Positions 1 through 7,134 of a stretch of DNA of 11,509 bases are shown one piece after another. Origin of the DNA: Candidatus Sigynarchaeum calidifontis (GTDB lineage Archaea; Asgardarchaeota; Lokiarchaeia; Sigyniarchaeales; Sigyniarchaeaceae); NCBI GenBank assembly GCA_030587475.2, contig JAUQYZ020000186.1:1-11509 (forward strand). The letters are read 5' to 3'. Each line of letters starts with the position of its first letter. Positions within the stretch are counted from its first letter, which is position 1. Below the pieces are notes generated by a model. It was not told the DNA's origin. It worked only from the letters and a program-made list of their open reading frames with translations, and did no database searches. The position numbers and the translations under genes were made by a program.

Positions 1-146
1 GGTGCTCCCAGCGGCGCCACGCCTGGGAACCGACGAGGGCCCCACATGAACGCCGGGAAGGAGAAGGTCCGCTTCCAAATTGAGTTGGCGGTCGACTATT
101 TGAACGGATGGCGGGCCTGGAACCGAATAAAAACATCAGCGACTCG

Positions 147-302
147 TCATTCGCTGGTGTTGGCCACCCGCGGCACGACCCCGTTGTAGTGCTTGCAGTA
201 ATACTGCTCGCCGAGGTATGGGCAACCCCGATTGCATTGCGGGGCCCGCGGGTTGACGCATCTCCCCCGCAGCGAGTACATGCAACTCTCGCCGAGCCGC
301 AT
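147..302 (-). CDS. Small Cys-rich hypothetical protein (51 aa), possibly metal-binding
   Basis: Manual translation: MRLGESCMYSLRGRCVNPRAPQCNRGCPYLGEQYYCKHYNGVVPRVANTSE*, with 5 Cys and 1 His. Its ATG overlaps the TGA of a 15-aa upstream ORF (349..302), which is preceded by AAGGAGG and a TTAAAATA box. It is too short for the ORF track. Confidence 0.5.
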   Translation of the reverse strand: MRLGESCMYSLRGRCVNPRAPQCNRGCPYLGEQYYCKHYNGVVPRVANTSE

Positions 303-556
303 CACGTCATGTCCACCGCCGTTGCGGTTCGTTCTCGATCGATCGACATTGCCTCCTTAGTGACACCCGTCTATTTTAAGGGCGTGGCACATGGAACCAA
401 AACAGCATCAAAAACAGATGCGAGCAGCCCCATGTCGATCGCCCGCCCTTGATAGCCGGCACACGCGGGCGATCCGGGCTCGTTCGTCGGTCAATGCTCT
501 GTTTCATAAGGGATCTTGCGTTCGAAGTCCTATCACGAGAACCACGCGAGCAGGCG

Positions 557-888
557 ATGAACCAAGCGCTTGCACCGATGATGGGCGGGCCATGCGGTTA
601 CATGCCAGTCGAGCTCATCGTGGCTGCGGGCTTCCCCCCGCTTCGTTCGCGGAAATGGCAAACGAGTTCAAGGTGGACGGTGCTCACAACCCGTCGCATT
701 GGGGTTGCCGGCAGGTCGGCGGCATGCGCGGGCTATTCAGGAACGCGTTCTAGGACATGAACATCCCGCTCGTCCACCTCGACGTCGATTGCGTGGACGA
801 GAGAAACTATGCCCGCGGCCGGGTACTCACGCGGCTCGAGGCCTTTATGGAATTGCTCGGCTCGAGGGCTGGCACGGGCAAGCCGTGA
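557..888 (+). pseudogene. 2-hydroxyacyl-CoA dehydratase (HgdA/B, FldB/C, HadB/C family) remnant
   Basis: Frame 2 from ATG 557 gives GPCGYMPVELIVAAGFPPLR, matching the family N-terminal motif CxYxPxELIxAAG. From about 646, frame 1 gives FAEMANEFKVDGAHNPSHWGCRQVGG...AF*DMNIPLVHLDVDCVDERNYARGRVLTRLEAFMELL, matching the family C-terminus. There is an in-frame TAG at 751-753 and a final TGA at 886-888. The middle of the protein is missing. Confidence 0.8.
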
Positions 889-893
889 ACCCG

Positions 894-2114
894 TCAAGCA
901 CTGTTGGCGCCCTTCGTCGCGGCGGCTTCCTTCAAGACAGACACCTCGGGTATGCGTGCCCGTCGCACCTCGGCGCGGCGAACGAATACCCACGTGTTTT
1001 TCTCCGCTGCACAGATGTAGAAGTTTTCCTTCTCGAGCAGGGCCCTGTCCACGAGCACCCGTGTGCCGGTCGCGAGGTCACAGGCACCACCGGCCAGCCG
1101 CGACGCCGCGTCCGCATTCGCGGGGGCGATCGAGCGGGCCGTCCCGGATAGCCGGTGGCGCGCCGCAGCGACCTGGCGGAGTTTCTCGACGTCCACCTCG
1201 GCATCCACGGGGATCATGACGGCGGTGACTTGTTCAGCCCCGTCATTCTTGTTGACGTGCCGCTTGGTCATGATACAAGCCACCGCGGTTCGCTCGTCGA
1301 TTTTAGGATACAAGGTTACCAGGCGCCCGGCGAGATGCAGGCGACGCAGCACGGCGGGCACGAGACCGGGCACGTCTCCCGCATCGCCGCCGGGATGAAC
1401 CCACACGGGACGGGCGCGCGAGCCAGTCCTGGAAGAATGGGTGGATCTTGACGAGGCAGGCGCCCGCGAACGCCTTGAATGGCTCCTCGATTGCTGCCCC
1501 GAGACCACATCGCGGGTGGGTTCCTCGGCAATTTCGGGAAGCCGGGCGCGCACGGCATCGGCAATCGCCGGCATTCCCTTCACGGTGGACACGAGCCGGT
1601 ACCGATTCTTGCCCTTGACCAGCTCGAGCAAGCCTTCTTCACATGCCCTGGCCACCATCTGGCGTACCTGTCGCTCCGTGTATCCAGCAGCCCCCATGTC
1701 GTCGGCGATCTCGGAAAATGACCTTGATATAACCCCCTCTGAGACGAGCAAAGCGATGTCTGCCTTCAATGCCTTGTAGGCGAGTTCTCTCCGCGTTGCG
1801 ACCCGTTTCGCGTACCCGATGATGCCCCGGCCAGGCGAGATGCGTGCTTCCTCGGCAGCGGCACGATCCAGCACGAGACCGCCCGCGGCACGAGCACGCT
1901 CGACCTCCCGGTCGATGAGCAGCGAAATGATGTCGAACACCAGCAAGAACACGAGGCATGCCTCGGTTATCATGGATGCGATGGGCCAGAACCAGTTTTC
2001 CGCTGGCGGCCGGAGCGCGGCATACACGACGGGGAGCAGCACGAGGCCACACGCGATGCCCAGGGCCGCTTGCACCTTGCGCCACCGCAGCCATCTCGAT
2101 ACTTGTCTTGCCAT
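894..2114 (-). CDS. Membrane-anchored protein: two N-terminal TM helices, winged-helix domain, Ser/Arg-rich linker, C-terminal degenerate YbaK/ProX-like domain
   Basis: Hydrophobic segments ALGIACGLVLLPVVYAAL and FWPIASMITEACLVFLLVFDIISLLI. wHTH-like segment SFSEIADDMG...TERQVRQMVARACEEGLLELVKGKNRYRL. YbaK-like segment AVMIPVDAEVDVEKL...RVLVDRALLEKENFYICAAEKNTWVFV. ATG 2114 was chosen as start; TTG 2135 is an alternative. Confidence 0.65.
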   Translation of the reverse strand: MARQVSRWLRWRKVQAALGIACGLVLLPVVYAALRPPAENWFWPIASMITEACLVFLLVFDIISLLIDREVERARAAGGLVLDRAAAEEARISPGRGIIGYAKRVATRRELAYKALKADIALLVSEGVISRSFSEIADDMGAAGYTERQVRQMVARACEEGLLELVKGKNRYRLVSTVKGMPAIADAVRARLPEIAEEPTRDVVSGQQSRSHSRRSRAPASSRSTHSSRTGSRARPVWVHPGGDAGDVPGLVPAVLRRLHLAGRLVTLYPKIDERTAVACIMTKRHVNKNDGAEQVTAVMIPVDAEVDVEKLRQVAAARHRLSGTARSIAPANADAASRLAGGACDLATGTRVLVDRALLEKENFYICAAEKNTWVFVRRAEVRRARIPEVSVLKEAAATKGANSA

Positions 2115-2250
2115 CAGCCTCGCACCCGTGAGCAATCCTCGTCGTGCAGCTTGTACAAGGTTGGGTACGTTTTAATCGATGCCCGCGGTAAAGAAGCATT
2201 ATATCTCCCGACCCAGATACACAACTAGCAACCAAACGGGGCACGCGCTC

Positions 2251-3138
2251 ATGGCAAAACCACCCGCATCGAAGGTCGTCTTCATCACCGGCACGAGCAG
2301 CGGCTTCGGGTACCACACCGCGAAGCAGCTCGCACGTGACGGCCACAAGGTCTACGCGAGCATGCGCGACACGAGTACTCGGAACAAGATAAAGAAGGAT
2401 GAGCTCGAAAACTTCGCGAATGAGAACAATCTCAGCATCAAGGTGCTTGAATGCGACGTGATGGACACGGTCTCGGTCAACGCTGCTATCAAGGCGATCG
2501 TCGACGCGGAGGGGCGCCTGGACGTGCTCGTCAACAATGCCGGCTATGGCATCTATGGCCCTCTCGAGGCATACGACGATGCCAAGGCGCGGCACGCGTT
2601 CGACACGAACGTGTACGGGTACATCAGGACCATCCGCGCGGTCATGCCGCAGATGCGGAAGCAACGCTCCGGGCTCATCATCAACATTTCGAGCGTGCTC
2701 GGCAAGCTCGGCTTGCCGGTCATGGGCTTCTACAACGCAACGAAGTTCGCGGTCGAGGGCTTGTCGGAAGCATTGCTTGGCGAATGCTACTTGTTTGGCA
2801 TCAACGTATCGGTCGTGGAGCCCCACATGTTCAACACGAACTTTGCAGGCCCGTCCGCGAAGATGATGGCGGATCCGGGCGAGACCGGCGAGTATGAAAA
2901 GGCATTCAGGCTCTTGCTCGAAAAGCAAGGGAACCTCGTGAACCCGAAATCCGGTCCAGAGGAGGTCGCCCGCAAGATCTCATGGATAGTAAAGCAGAAG
3001 AAGCCGCCGTTCCGCGTGCCGGTCGGCAAGAACGCCCGCCGGGACATGTTTTTCGCCAAGCTCTTGGGCCCGCTGACGCTGCAAAAGATCGCAGCCAAGA
3101 TGTACGGTTTGGACGAGGCGTTCAAGAAAATTAGGTGA
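2251..3138 (+). CDS. Classical short-chain dehydrogenase/reductase (17beta-HSD-like SDR)
   Basis: TGTSSGFG cofactor motif, CDV, NNAG, catalytic Ser (ISS) and YNATK (YxxxK), VEP. ATG 2251 puts the Rossmann beta1 strand near the N-terminus; the ORF track starts at 2179. Confidence 0.93.
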   Translation: MAKPPASKVVFITGTSSGFGYHTAKQLARDGHKVYASMRDTSTRNKIKKDELENFANENNLSIKVLECDVMDTVSVNAAIKAIVDAEGRLDVLVNNAGYGIYGPLEAYDDAKARHAFDTNVYGYIRTIRAVMPQMRKQRSGLIINISSVLGKLGLPVMGFYNATKFAVEGLSEALLGECYLFGINVSVVEPHMFNTNFAGPSAKMMADPGETGEYEKAFRLLLEKQGNLVNPKSGPEEVARKISWIVKQKKPPFRVPVGKNARRDMFFAKLLGPLTLQKIAAKMYGLDEAFKKIR

Positions 3139-3139
3139 A

Positions 3140-3742
3140 TTATTTTGCGGCCGCGATAGCCGTCCCGCAAGAGGGACAGAACCGCGACTCTCGCGCGATC
3201 ACCGCCCCGCAGTTCTTGCACGGGGGATAGTTTCCGCTCGCAACGTTGGTCGAGAAGTCCTCTACTTTCTTCAAGGTGTCCCGGATGTGCGTCGAGAAGT
3301 GTTCGATCGCGAGCTTGATTTTCGGGAAGTTGATGCCGGACGCGGGATCCTTCATGCGTACCTTTATCATCATCTCGGCAATAAAGTCAAGATAATTCCC
3401 GAAGAAAATGAGCTCGGGCTCGAAATTCTCGAGCAACATGACCTCGATAAATCCGCGAGAGAAATCCGTGAGGCGGAATACCTTCTTGGCAGGGCCGAGA
3501 GCCGATTTCTGCTCTTGACCCTCGATATACTTCTCGCCTTGCATCCGGGAGAGCAGAGGGTAAATAGTGCCGGATTGGGGTGTCCACATGCCCGCAAAGG
3601 TCTTGTTAAGGTCATTGATGAGATCGTACCCCGATATTCCGATAGGGTCAGCTTGATACACCTTGAGCAGGATCATGAATTCCAGCGGTGACAATTTCAC
3701 GTCCACGCCCTTGATCTTGAGCTTCTTTCCCATGAAGAACAT
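3140..3742 (-). CDS. PadR-family transcriptional regulator with C-terminal zinc ribbon
   Basis: PadR wHTH signature ILLKV...SGYDLINDL...WTPQSGTIYPLLSRM...GPAKKVFRLT. C-terminal CKNCG...CPSCG. Confidence 0.9.
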   Translation of the reverse strand: MFFMGKKLKIKGVDVKLSPLEFMILLKVYQADPIGISGYDLINDLNKTFAGMWTPQSGTIYPLLSRMQGEKYIEGQEQKSALGPAKKVFRLTDFSRGFIEVMLLENFEPELIFFGNYLDFIAEMMIKVRMKDPASGINFPKIKLAIEHFSTHIRDTLKKVEDFSTNVASGNYPPCKNCGAVIARESRFCPSCGTAIAAAK

Positions 3743-3743
3743 C

Positions 3744-4265
3744 TCACGCTTGCCTCGCTACCTTTTTCAATTCCTCGTCGATCTTCTTGTCCAACCATGA
3801 CCGCTTTTGTGCTGGCGAACCAGCGTTTTTACGGAACATTAAGTAGAACACGAGGTGCACGAGAACCGCCAGGCCCATCGCCCCGACCGGCCATACGAAC
3901 CACGGGATCGCCGGGCTCGCGACCAAGTTTATCACGATGACCGCCTGGGTTGAGAACAGCTCGGCAATGACGTGGAAGATGAGACCTTTCTTATTCCCGC
4001 CAATGACACCCCTCGCGTAGATCAAGTACGCGGTGGCGTGGATGCCGACACCCACGAGCCACGAGCTCACGACGATGATCGCCCAGTCGAGGCTGCCATG
4101 ATTCACGATAAAATAGTCCAAGAGTAGTAAAAAGATGTTGACACAAATATATGCAATGACATGAACTTTCAAGACAAAGGCAAGGATGACCTTCTCCTTT
4201 GCAATCCGCCTGAGTGCCTCGTCGGAGAACGGCGAGGCAGGCTCTCCAGCCGTGCGATTTGCCAT
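3744..4265 (-). CDS. Membrane protein with tandem 2TM-domain repeats (4 TM helices)
   Basis: Two similar units: HVIAYICVNIFLLLLD...WAIIVVSSWLVGVGIHA and HVIAELFSTQAVIVIN...WFVWPVGAMGLAVLVHL. Charged tail SWLDKKIDEELKK. The start could be 4265, 4280 or 4310. The stop lies 1 nt before the PadR ATG, suggesting a shared operon. Confidence 0.8.
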   Translation of the reverse strand: MANRTAGEPASPFSDEALRRIAKEKVILAFVLKVHVIAYICVNIFLLLLDYFIVNHGSLDWAIIVVSSWLVGVGIHATAYLIYARGVIGGNKKGLIFHVIAELFSTQAVIVINLVASPAIPWFVWPVGAMGLAVLVHLVFYLMFRKNAGSPAQKRSWLDKKIDEELKKVARQA

Positions 4266-4430
4266 CAAGATCACGCTCATCAAAACGGTTCTAAATCGAG
4301 AACTTGCCAAATCTACATAGATTTTATCGCGGCGACATAGATAATTTCACGTGGGCATTTATAATTGTTCCATCATCGCCAGTTCTATCGGGAAAAAAAA
4401 GCCCACCAGCGCAGGATCCTGGGTGAGAAA

Positions 4431-5828
4431 TCAATTCCGCTGGTGAAACTGAGGAAGGTATGGCTTCTGGAGGGCAAGCATCTTGTCCAAGATGGCGCGG
4501 GCGATGTTCGGATTGGGCACCGTGCCGTCGATGCACAGGGCCTGGAGCGCGGTGTTGTAATCGCCGGTAATGGCCGCCTCGACCACCAAGTCTTGGAGCG
4601 CCGCTTCCCGCACGAGAAGGGCCTCGATACCCTTGGGCATGCGGCCGACCGGAGTGCCGTGAATGCCATTTTTGTCGACCGTCGCCGGTATCTCCACCGT
4701 GCAGTCGGGCGGCAGACGCTCGATGTAAAAGCTATCGTTTTGGATGTTCACCGCGTGCTCGTGTTGTTTCGTGTCGTGCTCGATGCCGATCATGATCGGG
4801 ATGGCCCGCTCGCCCGATTGCTTAACCCACCAGTGGTTGCCGATTTTCCCGTCGATCGTGTCTTGCATCTGTTGCTTGAGCTGGCGGCTGTGGCTCGCAT
4901 CGGCCTTGAAATCATACTTTCCAGCCATGGTGTAATACAAGCTCCACGGGATGTATTCCCCGGGATGGTTGGCTCCCGGATAGGTAAGATGGCCATATAT
5001 GTTTATCAATTCGACGAGAAAAGGGTTTTCCATCTCCTCGAACAGCACGGGTGCCCGCTTGCGGATCTCGGGCAGCAAATCAGTGCCAGCAGGGAGCTTG
5101 ACCTCTGGATGCGGGCCGAGTTGGCGCAGCTTGACCTCTTCCTTCGCAACGAGCTTGATTATCCAAAAGAAGTGGTTAAGGCCCGCGGACACGAGCTCGC
5201 ATTTCCGGAGGATCCCGCCGAAAAGGCCTTCGATGAACGCCATGGCACTGCCAACGCCGTGGCACAGGCCCGTGTTCCGCTTGTAAAAGGTGGGCTCTGT
5301 TTTACTCATGTACCGGTTGATTGCCCAGGTGAGCCGCGGTACCGGGTTCGAGTAATTGAAGAGTCGGGCCGTTTTTGCGACATCGTGCATGGTATCGGCG
5401 AGTTTAAGCATGGGCGGTACTTGCCGGAACGTGTGGAACATGCCTCCAGGACCACCATTTTCTCCGTAAACCTGGGTGCTGCCCAGGGAGATGGGCACGT
5501 AGTAATCCTGCTTCCAGGTCTCCATGCGGTTGCCATGCTCGATGGTCATGATCACGTACGTCGCATCCCGCAATGCTTCTTGAGGATTCGTCGTCGCCTC
5601 GACCTTGAAATGTATAGGCTCGCCTTCGTTCGTGGATTCCTTTATCGCCATGTTGAATACTTTCTCTACCCGCCTCAAGTTGATCTCGTCGATGTCGTGT
5701 AGCATAATGGTCGCGCCGGCGAGCTGCTCGGCGCCGATCGTCATGAGGTCGCCAAGCGTGCCTAGCCCGAACTGGACCGACCCGGCACCGACGACCACTA
5801 TCTTCGCATCGCATTGTTTCGCTGTCAT
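4431..5828 (-). CDS. Glycoside hydrolase family 4 (NAD+/Mn2+-dependent alpha-galactosidase/alpha-glucosidase-like)
   Basis: KIVVVGAGS NAD-binding start, GENGGPGG, NYSNP, GLCH (metal Cys), AGLNHFFW, VEIPA, ALQAL. An AAGGTG SD-like sequence lies upstream of ATG 5828. Confidence 0.93.
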   Translation of the reverse strand: MTAKQCDAKIVVVGAGSVQFGLGTLGDLMTIGAEQLAGATIMLHDIDEINLRRVEKVFNMAIKESTNEGEPIHFKVEATTNPQEALRDATYVIMTIEHGNRMETWKQDYYVPISLGSTQVYGENGGPGGMFHTFRQVPPMLKLADTMHDVAKTARLFNYSNPVPRLTWAINRYMSKTEPTFYKRNTGLCHGVGSAMAFIEGLFGGILRKCELVSAGLNHFFWIIKLVAKEEVKLRQLGPHPEVKLPAGTDLLPEIRKRAPVLFEEMENPFLVELINIYGHLTYPGANHPGEYIPWSLYYTMAGKYDFKADASHSRQLKQQMQDTIDGKIGNHWWVKQSGERAIPIMIGIEHDTKQHEHAVNIQNDSFYIERLPPDCTVEIPATVDKNGIHGTPVGRMPKGIEALLVREAALQDLVVEAAITGDYNTALQALCIDGTVPNPNIARAILDKMLALQKPYLPQFHQRN

Positions 5829-5931
5829 GGATTCGCACCTTGGTAATGCTAGCATGTCACGGTCTGAGCCCGGGGCATTTAACGATGTGGTGGATGACGA
5901 GCATCCGGGTTGGATCAAAAAAGGGGGATTG

Positions 5932-6942
5932 CTATTTCAGCGCGTTGTAGGCCAAGACGATGCCAGCGAAGTGTTTAAAAACCTTGTCCACGTTTTCCCC
6001 TGTCTTGGCGGAAGTTTCGAAATAAGGGACATTGAGCGTGGCGGCCATCGATTTTGCTTCGAGTTCGCTGATCGCCCGCTGGTCGACAAGGTCGTTCTTA
6101 TTCCCGAGCAACACGCAGTTAAATGGAGCCCCTTCGAGGCTCTTCTTGACGTCCTCGTGCCAGTCCTTGATGCTGGCGAGCGATTCCTTTTTCGTGAGGT
6201 CGAAAACGAGGATGACGCCACTTGCGCCCGAGTAGAAGTGCTTCCGCATCTTCGTGAACTTCGCTTGCCCTGCCACGTCCCATAAAATCATGGTGAAAAG
6301 CCCGTTCTCGTAGGTGATGGTCTTTTCCGTGATGTTCACGCCGATCGTGGGAAGGTATGTCTTGCGGAAGGCCTTTTCCGTGAACTGGATGACGAGGCTG
6401 GTCTTCCCGACGTTGGGATCGCCAACCACGACGATCTTGCACTTGAACGGCGCCTTTTCGCCCTCGGTCTCGTCCGATGGGAACGCTCCGCCCGTCTTTT
6501 CCTCGCGCTCGAGGGCCTCGAGCATACCACTCACCTCTTCATGGAAGCCGGAAAGCATGTTGGTGTAATGGGGTTTGGGTGCCTTTTTCTCGTGCAAGCC
6601 CTTCGCGATGGCCGCGTACTTGTCGAATATCTCCTCGAACTGCTTGAAATACCGGTAGAAGGCGGCGTCTTCTGCCTCGTCGAACAGCAAGACGATCGCC
6701 GCCTCCCCCGTGCCAGCCCGTAGCTTCGCATCCTCAAAGCTGACGAACCGGACGAGCGCCTTCATACCATACGCTGGGACGGGGATCATAGCCACGCCCT
6801 TCGGTAGCGCCTCCATGGTGGCGACCATAGTCATCATGGGGATCTTGTCCCGCATCTCCTCGGACAAGTCCTGGGGCAACCAGTTCTGCGCCATCGGCCC
6901 GAGTTTCTCGTCGAACACGACGTAAAGAACGCTCGTCTTCAT
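5932..6942 (-). CDS. uDENN/longin-like domain fused to a Rab-like small GTPase
   Basis: C-terminal G motifs: G1 GDPNVGKTS, G2 PTIG, G3 WDVAGQ, G4 NKND, G5 ETSAK. RabF-like motifs IGVNI, FYSGA, LVFDLT. No C-terminal Cys prenylation motif. N-terminal LYVVFDEKLGP...FVSFEDAKLRAG...AIVLLF resembles uDENN/longin domains. ATG 6942 is preferred because ATG 6987 overlaps a TATA-like box. Confidence 0.88.
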   Translation of the reverse strand: MKTSVLYVVFDEKLGPMAQNWLPQDLSEEMRDKIPMMTMVATMEALPKGVAMIPVPAYGMKALVRFVSFEDAKLRAGTGEAAIVLLFDEAEDAAFYRYFKQFEEIFDKYAAIAKGLHEKKAPKPHYTNMLSGFHEEVSGMLEALEREEKTGGAFPSDETEGEKAPFKCKIVVVGDPNVGKTSLVIQFTEKAFRKTYLPTIGVNITEKTITYENGLFTMILWDVAGQAKFTKMRKHFYSGASGVILVFDLTKKESLASIKDWHEDVKKSLEGAPFNCVLLGNKNDLVDQRAISELEAKSMAATLNVPYFETSAKTGENVDKVFKHFAGIVLAYNALK

Positions 6943-6986
6943 AGTCAGGTCAACTACTAATCCATTTCTCGCATACCCCCTGATCA

Positions 6987-6992
6987 TTTAAA
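6987..6992 (-). promoter_or_regulatory. Putative archaeal TATA box for the Rab-like gene
   Basis: TTTAAA about 45 nt upstream of ATG 6942, next to a GC-rich intergenic stretch. Confidence 0.4.
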
Positions 6993-7106
6993 CAAGCCAC
7001 GCGATCATCGCCGCCGAAGGATTCAAGAGCGGTAGACGCGCCTGGTTTGCCTGGCAGGGAGCCCGTCGCGCCGTGCCCCGCTCCGCACGGGCACTGGTGC
7101 AACACG

Positions 7107-7114
7107 TTTTTATC
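7107..7114 (+). promoter_or_regulatory. Putative archaeal TATA box for the Arf-like gene
   Basis: TTTTTATC ends about 20 nt before ATG 7135, which is leaderless-type spacing. TAATATA at 7126-7132 could instead serve ATG 7168. Confidence 0.4.
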
Positions 7115-7134
7115 ATCTCGGGGGGTAATATAGG

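Noticed and set aside
46-189. 47-aa + strand ORF (MNAGKEKVRFQIELAVDYLNGW...) and the 108..452 ORF
   Set aside because: No recognisable motif, both overlap the better-supported Cys-rich minus-strand ORF, and upstream context is cut off by the window edge.
751-753. In-frame TAG as pyrrolysine or readthrough recoding
   Set aside because: The gene is also frameshifted and mostly deleted, and other genes here (RLP, Rab-like) use TAG as a normal stop. A nonsense mutation is simpler.
1639-2928. 429-aa - strand ORF
   Set aside because: It is antisense to the SDR and out of frame with the 894..2114 gene, with no coherent domain.
4365-5702. 445-aa + strand ORF
   Set aside because: It is an antisense shadow of the GH4 gene caused by GC-rich codon bias, with no recognisable motifs.
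7071-7094. GC-rich hairpins between the two GTPase genes (CCGTGC/GCACGG, GTGCCC/GGGCAC)
   Set aside because: 6-bp stems are expected by chance at this GC content.
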